From IMG/VR virus record IMGVR_UViG_3300029319_000007: 64,000 nt of DNA, one strand, 5' to 3'. Below the pieces are notes generated by a model that saw nothing but the letters and a program-made list of their open reading frames with translations, was not told where the DNA came from and made no database searches. The stretch comes from a virus. Below, one piece after another: positions 37,011-47,456 of this stretch. The first letter of the stretch is position 1. The number at the start of each line of letters is the position of its first letter. A program made the translations under genes and the position numbers.

Positions 37011-40000
37011 TATATTGCCAATGCTATTGTTCTCATATCTTTTATTCTAGGTGGATATGCAGGGTTAGTTGCCTTCATTACTATTTTAATTTTAAATGAC
37101 CCGAACTCAGGTATGTCTGTTTCACCATAATTGAAGTCAAAGAAATTTGTTCTATACGCTTCGTTGTAAGGTGACTGTGATCTTTCTTCACTATTTTGTA
37201 AAGTGTTTGATTGTGTCATTTCAACATAAGGTATTTCACTCATAGGTGTTTCATCATCTGGTGCTCTTGTCTTACGATACACTTCAATCTCTGATGTAGG
37301 AAAAACATTTGCTGCTAGTCTTACTTCAAGAGCAGTTGAAGGATTTTCTAGTGTGACTTCTCTCGTTATATATTTTGCAGCAGCACTACCACCATCTGGA
37401 TCTGTTTCTGCTATGAAACCAGTTGTATTACTATTAGTAGGACTATCTACTTTGTTATGAATACATAATACATTTGTTCTATTTAAATCAATCACAGGTG
37501 ATAAGTTTGGATTTGCAGTTATCATTTTAATTTGATAATCAAAAGATTTAGCACTTGATAAGTAAGTTGTTTCATTTATACCACTTAGTATTGCTTTTGC
37601 ACTTGTGAAATAATAGTTATCGTTTGCAATAACATTTGTAAATGTTGTATCTTTTGAATATGCAGTTTCACTACCGTGTATTGATTGTGTAGTTGTTGTT
37701 TTAACAGAATGTGAAACATCTGTCTCTGGTAAAATTAATTGACCTATTTGAGGTTGTATAACTTCGTAAGCACGATCTTGTGTTGCAACAACAACAGTAC
37801 CACCTACAGCACCAGTTGATGTTGCAGGGTCGCCTGATAATGTGATTGTGTATGTATCCTCTGTGACATTGCCTATACTATGTGTGCCGTTAATAACACT
37901 ACCTGCAATACCATTAAAGTCACCTGTACTTGATAAACCAGATATTGTGACTTTACTTGGACTACTATCATTCATACCGTGACCTGGGTGTTTAATTCGA
38001 ATAATGTTAGGGTTACCACCAAAAGCAGAACCACTACCTGAACTACTATCTGTCTCAATAGGATTATTACCTAATGTTTTACTTGCGACAGTATCGTTTG
38101 TTAATAATAAAGTACCCTCTGTATCAACTGTAAATTGTGCTTGATATAAAGTAAACTTTAAATCTTCCATTTGATCTTCTGTCCATAGTGTTGTGTTTTG
38201 TGAACGGAAGAAAGAACCTAGTAAAGGTTGTTGTGAAACTCGTCTATCACTTCCTAAAATATTATCACCTAATCTAGAAACAAATGCTTTATATTTTTGA
38301 CTGTCAGGTTTTACTATAACAGCATATTCTTTACCACCTTGTAAGAATACAGGACTAGAGAAAGTAAATGTTGTTGCACTTGAAGCGTCAGTTGATGTAT
38401 TAACTGAACTTGGGTTTAGTATTACTTCACTAAATGGTACAATTCTAGTGCCTGGTCTTCCTTCAACTGTTTCTACAAGATATACTTTTACAGGTATATT
38501 ATCGTCTTTTGTTTCAAAGTATAAATCTATTTTTGAAACAAATGCACCCTCTAAATCATTTATGAAAAATGATTGTGCGATAGGATCTCTACGCCTTCTC
38601 GCTCTACTACCTCTTGCATTTCTTCTTCTTCTTCGTCTTCTAAATGTTGGTTGATTATTACCACCGCCTCCGCCGCCTCCGCCACTTGATGGTGGATTAC
38701 TTACAACGGTTGTCACACGATCTACTGTTCTTCTTGCTTCTTCTTGTGAAACTGTTTCTGATCTAATAATTGGCACCCTTGTTGATTGTATTGTTTGTTC
38801 AGTAGTGACTTGTAAACCACGAGCAGTAAATGTGCCTTCTGCAAAAGTATCAACGCTATCATCATCACTTGCATTTGTTGATGAACTTGTTAATCTGAAT
38901 ATTCTTTCACCTATTCTAAATCTAACTGTATCACTATTAGGTATTGTAAATGTTCCTGATACAGCACCGTTTGCGTCAGTAGTTAACGCACCGCCAAGAA
39001 CACCAGCATTTGGTGTGACACTTGTTGATACATCTTCATTATCAAAGAAAGGAAAAACTCTAGTATTAGGTTTTAATCTAGTTGCAGTAAATGTAATTGT
39101 TTGAGAACGAATGAAAGGTATAAATGCAACATCAACTACACGATTACCAAATGATTGTGATATAACATTTGAACCTGCAATCGATCTAGTAATACCTGTT
39201 CTTGTTGCTGTTCCTGTTCTACCTTGTACAGTTGTTGTTGTATTACCTGATGATGATCTATTTGTAAATCTACCTGTCCAGTTAGTTTGCCATTCATTCC
39301 ATACAGTACCAAAACTATTTGTACCTGCTGTTAAAGCAGTCATAGTATCAAATAAATTTTCATCATTTATAATTAAGTCAGGTCTTCTATCGATATCTTT
39401 CCATTCGTCTGTATCTGGTGATAATGAAATCTCACCTTGATATTGAAATACTAAGAAAGGATTACAGTTTACTGATTTAGTTGCAAATTCATTTTCAACC
39501 ATAACAGCATGTGTATAAGGTAGTGTTATCATGTCACCAGTTTTTTGATAACCTTGACCACTTCTTAAACTATCTGTATTGAATGATGAACTCTCAATTA
39601 ATTTTACTTGATCAGTAAAGTGTGTAGGTCTTAACTCACCTTCTACCATATCAATACCTGCTCTGTACTCAGACGATCTAACATCGCCTACATTATGACC
39701 TTTGAAACTATCAACTATAATACCATTTTTAAATCTATCTAAACCTGTCACAGCGTCTTGTATCTGTGTGTTGATTGCTTGTTGTTCTAATAATGAGAGT
39801 TGAGTATAGTATTCTACATTTTTAATTCTTGTTTCAAGTTTACCTATATCTCTCATTGTGAATCTTCTATTATCAAGCGGTGTCACTATTACATCATCAG
39901 TAGAAAAAGTAAACGCTGGTAAATGTAAATAATATAATAACATAGCGTCATCAACTATATCAGGTCTTTGTGGGTCTATTGCACTTTGTCCTAATAGTTG

Positions 40001-43000
40001 TTCAAATTCACCATCTTTAGTTAAAACAACTCCGTCTGTTCTTGCAAGATAAAATTCAAAGTCACTTGTAAGATCACTACCTGGTTTAGGCATATCAACA
40101 GCGGATGCGCCAGAGTTTACAAAATTCTTTGCACCTGTAGCGTCTTTATTATTGAAACCTACAACTTCACTATCGTCCGAAACTCTTGGTCTAAAATCAA
40201 CACACTCTCTTAATTCTAATAATCCTTTTGATGGACTATCAAAAGAAGGAATGTTTCCGTATGAAACAGCACCTGAATAACTATCTACACTAAAGTAATC
40301 TCCTGCCCCATGTGAGAAGAAATCAAATGTAATTAATAATCTACCAGTTGGCGCTAGAGCACCAGGTTTTCTAATAATAGAACCTATATCATAGAAACTA
40401 TCTCTTTGACCATTATCTAAATCAAATCTATCTGTAATATCTGTATCACTTGTTGTTGCTGCTGTACTAAAGTCTGCTGCCATATGTACAGATTTTAAAG
40501 CAAATATATCTGCCTTACCTAAACTTATTCTACTTTCACTCGCTAGTGCTAATGTATTTACAGTTGTAGTTGAATCTGAGGATAGAGTTTTTGTTTTTTC
40601 ACCTGCAACACTTCTTGTTATAGTTGCTGATAATTTTACTTTTGCTGTTCTAAAGTTAGCACCTAAATCTACTGATAACTGTCTACCTGTTGGAGTACCT
40701 GTTAAGGTAAAGATTGCTGAACCCTCATGGTTATTACCAGAAAGAGAAACAAGATCACCAACAGCACCTGAACTTGCACCTGCAGTCATTATATGTAAAG
40801 TAAAGTCTGCCTCACTATGACTATCAAATGTTTCATTTGCACCTGCATTGAATGTAGCAGTACCATTTGAATCTAAAGTCTCTACAAATGTTCTTCTTAC
40901 TTTATGACTTGTATCTGTAATACCTGAGTTATCGTCTGTTTTTAAAGTCTTAATAACATTAGCAGGTAGTTTGTAGATAAGTGAGTTTTGATCTACATTA
41001 TTTAATTTTGCTCTTCTTCTTCTAATTGGTGAAGCAGTTGTAATATCTGCTGATCTTGTTGCAGTTGCGATTGTTAATGCAGTATCACTTGTAATAGCAG
41101 AAACAACAGCAGTAAGTGTTTCACCTGTGTTGTCAGTAAATTCTATTACATCACCAGTAATTAACTCACTTGTGAATCTTGTATTTTGACCTACAGCGGT
41201 AGTATCATTATTACCAAATGTAATTGTACCTGATAATGTTTTAAAACTATCGTCAGTTGTATCAGCAGCACTTGTTGATAAAACTGTGTCTGCTGTAAAT
41301 ACTGGATCACTTGCTTGTGAAACTTGTTTTACATCAGCAATAGTATAAGTCTGAACACCGTTTCTATCAGTTGCATTTGCTTTTACAGTAGCACTATTAC
41401 CTGTTTCGTCTGTGACTGTTTCACCTGATACGAATGTGCCTTTTACATTTGAAAGAATATATAACCCAGCAGCGACAGAAGTTGCTTCAATAATACCAGT
41501 TGCACCTGATGTGCCGCCTGTTAATGTTTCTCCTGCTGCTAAAGTAAATGAACCAGTTGTCACAACATGAGTAAACATGTCAACATTAAATAAACCTAAT
41601 TTATATACTGAGGTTGTATTACTTGAAGTTGCACCTGCTGTGCCTGATTTGTATTCAAAGAATCTAGGTTTTGCACGACCTATTGTATGTAAGTCAGTTG
41701 ATGAACCTACATTTGCAGTACCTCTACTTGATGTTGCTTCTTTTAATAAAGTTATTTCTTTAAATGCCTCAGTCTCACCTGATACTGTGCCTAAGTCAGG
41801 AAGACCATGAATGTTTGTGACATCTAAAAACGAACCTATATTTAATCTTGTTGTTGAGTTGTTAACTGTTTGTACATCTCTTGCTTTTTGTATTGTTAAA
41901 AATTTTGTACCTGTAGTTTCTAATTCATAACCTTTTACATATGCTTTGCCTGGTGAGAAACCTAAGGCAAGTCTTGCTTCAGATTCAGTCGCCGTAAACT
42001 CACCACTCTCATATTTACCACTACTATCAGCAGTATAGATACCACGATTTGAACCATCATTCTTATGTTCTCTTACATCTAAATCAAAAGGTCTAATTAC
42101 ATAATCACCACTTTCGTCTGATGTTCTTCGAGCAAGTGTTTCTTCTAAAATATTGTAATCTGTTCTTTTAACTATTCTTTCAATGTCACCATCATTAACT
42201 CTTAATACTTCTACAAAGTTAGTATCGTCTGTAGCAGTTAAACTTTTCTTCGCAAGTGTTAATGCGATTTTAAATCTGTGAGCACCTGGGGCATTAATGT
42301 TTGATGTGCCTTGTGCATTATCATTTAAATTAGTATCATCTTCTGGTGTGACAAAACTTTCTGTGACTGTGAAACCTACTCTAAATGTAGGTGAGTTTGA
42401 ATATGCGTCTAGTATTAAAGTTTCTTCATCATTCTTTACAAAGAAACCATTTATGAAATATACACCTTCTTCTACTTTTACAGCACTTGCTAAACCTGTT
42501 GCATTTGAACTTGTAGGTAATGAAGTGCCTGAAGTACCAACAACAGCAGTAAAGGCAGTACCTTCACTAGTTGTACCTGAAAGTGTTTCACCTTCTGTAA
42601 ATGTTGATGATGTATTATTAGTTCCTGTCTTTGTGTATGTGACATATAAAGTTGCAGCAGCAGTTGAAGTTGCCTCACTTGTATTTGTAACCTCTGCAAC
42701 AACACCTGATGTTTGTCCTGTTAAAGTTGTACCTGATATAGAAGCAGCAGTTGATGTTGTATGACTTGCTAATTTTACATAACTATATTCTGCATTGTAG
42801 TTGACTTGACCAGGTATGACCATTGTGCCATCTTTGAAAAGATGTTGACCAAATCTATCTACTTGATTTTGTAATATTGATTGAAGTTGTGTTAACTCTC
42901 TACCTTGTACGGCAAAACCTGGTCGAAATAAAACTCTATGAAATTTATTACTCTCAGCAAAGTCATCATAGTAAGGTGATACATTAAAATTTGTTGCCAT
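37010..43000 (-). CDS. Large virion structural protein (DUF4815/VrlC-like)
   Basis: NVSPYYDDF, VLFRPG..VQGRELTQLQSILQNQ, LARRT.DESGDY, RRFTMRDIG.LE.RI, RFKNG..VDSF, DPIAQSF. Confidence 0.88.
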   Translation of the reverse strand: MATNFNVSPYYDDFAESNKFHRVLFRPGFAVQGRELTQLQSILQNQVDRFGQHLFKDGTMVIPGQVNYNAEYSYVKLASHTTSTAASISGTTLTGQTSGVVAEVTNTSEATSTAAATLYVTYTKTGTNNTSSTFTEGETLSGTTSEGTAFTAVVGTSGTSLPTSSNATGLASAVKVEEGVYFINGFFVKNDEETLILDAYSNSPTFRVGFTVTESFVTPEDDTNLNDNAQGTSNINAPGAHRFKIALTLAKKSLTATDDTNFVEVLRVNDGDIERIVKRTDYNILEETLARRTSDESGDYVIRPFDLDVREHKNDGSNRGIYTADSSGKYESGEFTATESEARLALGFSPGKAYVKGYELETTGTKFLTIQKARDVQTVNNSTTRLNIGSFLDVTNIHGLPDLGTVSGETEAFKEITLLKEATSSRGTANVGSSTDLHTIGRAKPRFFEYKSGTAGATSSNTTSVYKLGLFNVDMFTHVVTTGSFTLAAGETLTGGTSGATGIIEATSVAAGLYILSNVKGTFVSGETVTDETGNSATVKANATDRNGVQTYTIADVKQVSQASDPVFTADTVLSTSAADTTDDSFKTLSGTITFGNNDTTAVGQNTRFTSELITGDVIEFTDNTGETLTAVVSAITSDTALTIATATRSADITTASPIRRRRAKLNNVDQNSLIYKLPANVIKTLKTDDNSGITDTSHKVRRTFVETLDSNGTATFNAGANETFDSHSEADFTLHIMTAGASSGAVGDLVSLSGNNHEGSAIFTLTGTPTGRQLSVDLGANFRTAKVKLSATITRSVAGEKTKTLSSDSTTTVNTLALASESRISLGKADIFALKSVHMAADFSTAATTSDTDITDRFDLDNGQRDSFYDIGSIIRKPGALAPTGRLLITFDFFSHGAGDYFSVDSYSGAVSYGNIPSFDSPSKGLLELRECVDFRPRVSDDSEVVGFNNKDATGAKNFVNSGASAVDMPKPGSDLTSDFEFYLARTDGVVLTKDGEFEQLLGQSAIDPQRPDIVDDAMLLYYLHLPAFTFSTDDVIVTPLDNRRFTMRDIGKLETRIKNVEYYTQLSLLEQQAINTQIQDAVTGLDRFKNGIIVDSFKGHNVGDVRSSEYRAGIDMVEGELRPTHFTDQVKLIESSSFNTDSLRSGQGYQKTGDMITLPYTHAVMVENEFATKSVNCNPFLVFQYQGEISLSPDTDEWKDIDRRPDLIINDENLFDTMTALTAGTNSFGTVWNEWQTNWTGRFTNRSSSGNTTTTVQGRTGTATRTGITRSIAGSNVISQSFGNRVVDVAFIPFIRSQTITFTATRLKPNTRVFPFFDNEDVSTSVTPNAGVLGGALTTDANGAVSGTFTIPNSDTVRFRIGERIFRLTSSSTNASDDDSVDTFAEGTFTARGLQVTTEQTIQSTRVPIIRSETVSQEEARRTVDRVTTVVSNPPSSGGGGGGGGNNQPTFRRRRRRRNARGSRARRRRDPIAQSFFINDLEGAFVSKIDLYFETKDDNIPVKVYLVETVEGRPGTRIVPFSEVILNPSSVNTSTDASSATTFTFSSPVFLQGGKEYAVIVKPDSQKYKAFVSRLGDNILGSDRRVSQQPLLGSFFRSQNTTLWTEDQMEDLKFTLYQAQFTVDTEGTLLLTNDTVASKTLGNNPIETDSSSGSGSAFGGNPNIIRIKHPGHGMNDSSPSKVTISGLSSTGDFNGIAGSVINGTHSIGNVTEDTYTITLSGDPATSTGAVGGTVVVATQDRAYEVIQPQIGQLILPETDVSHSVKTTTTQSIHGSETAYSKDTTFTNVIANDNYYFTSAKAILSGINETTYLSSAKSFDYQIKMITANPNLSPVIDLNRTNVLCIHNKVDSPTNSNTTGFIAETDPDGGSAAAKYITREVTLENPSTALEVRLAANVFPTSEIEVYRKTRAPDDETPMSEIPYVEMTQSNTLQNSEERSQSPYNEAYRTNFFDFNYGETDIPEFGSFKIKIVMKATNPAYPPRIKDMRTIALAI

Positions 43001-43009
43001 CTATCGCCC

Positions 43010-44401
43010 CTAAAACTCTATGATTAACTTAACATTCTCCGTTTGATCTGACGCTCTAGATATTGGTTTTCTATTTTCAATATAAAGAATATCACCAGTA
43101 TCGTGTGTTAGTTCTGGTGTAGTGTCATGTGAACTCGGAGTACCTGTTGCACTAGAAGTAGCGCCTGTGACTGTATGTGTACTAGCAAATGCTACTAAGT
43201 TGCCATTGCTATCAACACCTTGATCTGCAAATTGTGGTTGTATGTATCTTAATACTTTTGTAGTAGAATTAAAATCAACAACAAAACCTACAGCACCAGT
43301 TGTTGCTTGTGTTATCTTTTCGTCTGCCTGAAATGAACCTGGTGTGCCACTAAATGTAATTGACTTAGTTGCGTCTAGTGTAGTTGCAGTTGCAGTTGAA
43401 CCGGTTGTGCTATCAGTTGGGTTTCTTAATAATGATATTCTTCTAAAATCATTACCTGTACTGAAATCACCTGAACCATCTGCTTGTGTTAAATCAAGAT
43501 TTGTCATTACAAAGAAAGCACCTAACTCTGCAGGTATATCAGCAGCATGTCCGCCTGGTGGCGAAATAATAAAATCTATATCTGATCCTGATACATCGCC
43601 AAAGTCACTTGCTTTGACACTTGCATATGTGTAACCTGAACCAGCAGTTGTGATTGTGACTGAACTCACGGCGTTTGATGAAACAACAATTGTTGCTTTA
43701 CCACTTGATCCATCACCACGAATATCTACACCTGTATAAGTACCGTTTGTTCCGCCTGATCCTCCAGCAGTAATTTTCACATGTTCGATTGCGCCAGCAG
43801 TCGTTGAGTAATCTGTACTCTCAGTTGAAGCATGTATGAAATCAGTTGACATAAAGTTTGCTTGTTCAGAAGCAGATAATGAATACATGTATTTCCATTT
43901 ATAACTATCACCAGTTGTGAATACACTTGTTGATTTATTACCTGATGGTTCTACTGTTGAAGCACCACCACTATTATTATCGATACATTTATATACATCA
44001 AATGTACTATTCATTACATAGAAAGTTGCGTCATATAAAGAACTAGCACCACTATCACTTGTAATAGTTGAACCTGCACTATTGATATCACCATAGTCGT
44101 GTCTGTAATAATCATATACTGTACCTGTAGTCCAGTTTCTTCTAGGTATCGCTAGTGTGACATCTGAAGATGTTAATTTTTTAGCAGATAGAAAATCATC
44201 ATATGCGTAATATTCTACTTGTCCTACATCATCTACCGGTGTTGGTGGGGATGCGTCTGTTCCGTCATTAAATGCTTGATTGTCTGCGAATGCTTGAGGT
44301 CTACCTATTGCCAGATAGTAAGTATCTGCGCCCTCACCAAAACTTTCTTCGAACTGTCTAGCATTGTGTAATCTAAAATCTTTTGTTATAATTGCTGGCA
44401 T
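43010..44401 (-). CDS. gp8: Baseplate wedge protein gp8
   Basis: FYVMNS...VYKC..N, D.YKWKYMY, GDILYIENR.PI.R..DQTE.VK.IIEF. Confidence 0.92.
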   Translation of the reverse strand: MPAIITKDFRLHNARQFEESFGEGADTYYLAIGRPQAFADNQAFNDGTDASPPTPVDDVGQVEYYAYDDFLSAKKLTSSDVTLAIPRRNWTTGTVYDYYRHDYGDINSAGSTITSDSGASSLYDATFYVMNSTFDVYKCIDNNSGGASTVEPSGNKSTSVFTTGDSYKWKYMYSLSASEQANFMSTDFIHASTESTDYSTTAGAIEHVKITAGGSGGTNGTYTGVDIRGDGSSGKATIVVSSNAVSSVTITTAGSGYTYASVKASDFGDVSGSDIDFIISPPGGHAADIPAELGAFFVMTNLDLTQADGSGDFSTGNDFRRISLLRNPTDSTTGSTATATTLDATKSITFSGTPGSFQADEKITQATTGAVGFVVDFNSTTKVLRYIQPQFADQGVDSNGNLVAFASTHTVTGATSSATGTPSSHDTTPELTHDTGDILYIENRKPISRASDQTENVKLIIEF

Positions 44402-44416
44402 GTTTACTCCTGAAAC

Positions 44417-44424
44417 TATTTATA
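44417..44424 (-). promoter_or_regulatory. Late promoter TATAAATA upstream of gp8
   Basis: Perfect box followed by an AGGAG SD. Confidence 0.75.
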
Positions 44425-44432
44425 CAACATAT

Positions 44433-47400
44433 CTATGATCTTGATGTATTAATTTGTGCTGGTATGGCATATCTAGTTCCAATCTTTGTATTGAAGTCAC
44501 CTAATTGATTTAATTCGCCATCAAGTGAAGTGTCGCCTGTACCAGTTAATCTTATATTATTTAGTCTTGTTAATTTAACAGCGTCTGAATCCATAGTATC
44601 ACTTGCTGCTTCTCTTTTTATTTCACCACCTGTTTCTAGTAGTAAATCGTCACCTGCATTTGTAGATGAACCGTCTGTACCGTCTATTAATAATTTATCG
44701 GGCACATGATTAAATGCACCAAAGGCAAATGTACCAATAGCACTCATTCTTGCACCTGCATATACAAACCCTTGATTTACTGTGGTTGTTCTAAAACTTG
44801 TTTCTCTATCATCACCTGTATCAATAGTAATATCTAAATTTAAAGTGACATCTCTAGAAGCAGAGGCGAAAGATTCATCTGCCTCAATACCTAATTGAGG
44901 ATTACTACGAAGTGAGGTACCGTCAGTAGTAGTACCTAATCTTCTACCTATCTTCTCACTAAAGATTACTCTGAATGCTTCTATAATCTCATCTTGTTCA
45001 ATACCTGCTGTGATTGTTCTACCTGATCTTAACTTAGCGTCAAGTCGTGTACGAATAGTCACCTCACCTGCAAGGTAGAATCCTGCTGGGTGTACAGCAG
45101 ATTTTAAGTTTTCTCTATACTCTGATAATGCCTCACCTACTTTTACAACATAAGAATAATCTTGATAGTATAAACTATCTTGTATCTTCTTTGTAGATTC
45201 TGATATATGACCATCAACATTTGAATATTCACCATCTGTCTCAACAACTGTATTTGCAGTTGCAGTTGAGGATGCTTGATCTGCATTTCTAACACGAGCA
45301 GTTTCACCTGATGTGCCGCCAGTAATTGTGACTTTATCGTCAAATGTACCTACGACATCCGTTAATGTTAATATATTTGTATTACCATCAAAACTTTCTA
45401 CTACACCTGAAACAGTATCGTCTGTTTCTAATTGTAATCTACTATCAGTTGAACCATTATGTGATATGATTATAAAATCTGTTTCTTGATTGTCAACATA
45501 TATTGTATGAACTAATCTATTGTTGCCTTCACTATCTTCCGTAATTATACCGTCTTGTTCAAAACCATCAAACACAGCAGTTTCATTATCTTCTTCAAAC
45601 TCTAATAAACCGCCACTTTCTAATTCAATACCACCATGATCATCTTCTAATCTAAATTGTGAATGTCTGAAGTCTTCTAGTAAGATAGAAAAATCTTGAG
45701 GCACAAAACTCTCTACTGTAAGATTATCTTCAGCAGTTGTTGTGATAGTCTCACCTGTAGAAAATGCACCTGACAATGTATCAATTTGCATATGCACTTT
45801 TGGATTCATAATAGGTGCTTGTTCGTATCTATACCCATGATCTAATACTTTTGCACTTAGTGCTTGACCTACGGTACTTGATACAGGAAATAATGCTACA
45901 CCTGAACCGCCAGTTGATGTGACAGATACAGTAGGTAAAGATAAGTACCCACCACCTTTATTTGTAATTTTAATTTTTGTGATATCACCAGTATTAGAAT
46001 TAGTTTGATCTTCCATAACTATCTGATCAGTTGAACTATCTTCTAATATAAGAATACCATTTTCTAAACTATCTTGTTCTAATTGAAAACCACCATTAAC
46101 TACAGCAACTTCACCTGCAAGTCCTGAACCGTCAGTAGGATTAGTGACACTTAATACATCACCCACAGCATAACCTGAACCTGCAGTTTCAACGATTATA
46201 TCATCTATACTACCATATGTTATTTGTTCTATCAATGCATTAAGACCAACACCACCTCTTTGATTTTTTACAGGTACATTTTCACTTACAGAATAATAAC
46301 GACCACGATTAACAAAGTTAACATCATCAGCAATACTTTCTATATTCAATGTTAATGTTGTATCAGGATTATCATTCTCGATACCTGTTATCGTAGCAAA
46401 AGTTTGTTGTAAAACTTTATTACCATCTTCTAATAATAAATCATCACCTGCGTCAGTAGATGAACCGTCTGTGCCGTCTAAGACCATTGCATGTCCTAAA
46501 CTATTTTGAAATGTGCCTGTTATATTATCTTTGTTTAATACAATAGTAGCAACATCTCTTTGAATGCCGCCTAAATTTACAGCATTAACTGTGACACTTT
46601 CTACAACAGCAGTTGCTTCATTAACAACTGTGTTACCTGGTATGTTTGCTTGTGTAATTGTTTGACCTGATAGTTTAGTCATATCACCATCAGAAGGTGA
46701 TACTAAAGTTGCCTTTAAAATTTTTTGTGTGTTAAAATTACCGTCACTAACTCTTAACAAGTCAACTGTAGGATAATAAATCTCAGGTGTCTCATTGAAC
46801 AATGCACGAAAAAATATTTCATGACCTTTCTTTGTACCTTTTCTTTTGTACAAAGATAAAATATTTTTTGTTAGTTGCCTTTTGTTTAGACCACTTGTTA
46901 AGTCGTTAGGTATTGTTTGTAGAAATGAATTTCTAAATTGAATAAAGAAATCATCTAGTGTATCATTCACATCAGCGTACTCTAGGATTTGTGATATAGT
47001 TTCGTTAGGGTTTGCCCTATATCTTGATATCACACCTTGAGCACCTGATGTGCCACCTGTTATAGTCTCTCCTGTTATAAACTTGGTGTTTGCAGTTATA
47101 TATAATTCTAAATTGTCTGTATCTTCAGCAAGTATAGTTGCAGTCTCACCTGATGTTTGACCTGTGACTACTTCACCTTTACTAAACTCACCTATAGTTT
47201 CTTGTTCGTCAAGTATGTAATCACCAGCATTATTACTTTTTGCGTCTGTACCATCTAATGCTAAAAATGATTCTGTTTCTGTTTCTAAAAGTATTTGATC
47301 ACTTGCACTTACACTTGACAACACAATTTGTGCTGAGTCCATAAAAGTATAATACTGTTTAATGAACTCCACAAGTAGTGGGTCATTTGCTTGAATGTGT

Positions 47401-47453
47401 TCAGGAAACTGCCTACTTACTAGAGGGTTTATTTTCTTTGTGAACTTTGCCAT
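44433..47453 (-). CDS. gp7: Baseplate wedge protein, gp7-like
   Basis: YKRKGT....IFFRALFNE, IQDSLYYQDYSYVVK, VHPAGF; between gp6 and gp8. Confidence 0.75.
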   Translation of the reverse strand: MAKFTKKINPLVSRQFPEHIQANDPLLVEFIKQYYTFMDSAQIVLSSVSASDQILLETETESFLALDGTDAKSNNAGDYILDEQETIGEFSKGEVVTGQTSGETATILAEDTDNLELYITANTKFITGETITGGTSGAQGVISRYRANPNETISQILEYADVNDTLDDFFIQFRNSFLQTIPNDLTSGLNKRQLTKNILSLYKRKGTKKGHEIFFRALFNETPEIYYPTVDLLRVSDGNFNTQKILKATLVSPSDGDMTKLSGQTITQANIPGNTVVNEATAVVESVTVNAVNLGGIQRDVATIVLNKDNITGTFQNSLGHAMVLDGTDGSSTDAGDDLLLEDGNKVLQQTFATITGIENDNPDTTLTLNIESIADDVNFVNRGRYYSVSENVPVKNQRGGVGLNALIEQITYGSIDDIIVETAGSGYAVGDVLSVTNPTDGSGLAGEVAVVNGGFQLEQDSLENGILILEDSSTDQIVMEDQTNSNTGDITKIKITNKGGGYLSLPTVSVTSTGGSGVALFPVSSTVGQALSAKVLDHGYRYEQAPIMNPKVHMQIDTLSGAFSTGETITTTAEDNLTVESFVPQDFSILLEDFRHSQFRLEDDHGGIELESGGLLEFEEDNETAVFDGFEQDGIITEDSEGNNRLVHTIYVDNQETDFIIISHNGSTDSRLQLETDDTVSGVVESFDGNTNILTLTDVVGTFDDKVTITGGTSGETARVRNADQASSTATANTVVETDGEYSNVDGHISESTKKIQDSLYYQDYSYVVKVGEALSEYRENLKSAVHPAGFYLAGEVTIRTRLDAKLRSGRTITAGIEQDEIIEAFRVIFSEKIGRRLGTTTDGTSLRSNPQLGIEADESFASASRDVTLNLDITIDTGDDRETSFRTTTVNQGFVYAGARMSAIGTFAFGAFNHVPDKLLIDGTDGSSTNAGDDLLLETGGEIKREAASDTMDSDAVKLTRLNNIRLTGTGDTSLDGELNQLGDFNTKIGTRYAIPAQINTSRS

Positions 47454-47456
47454 AGA

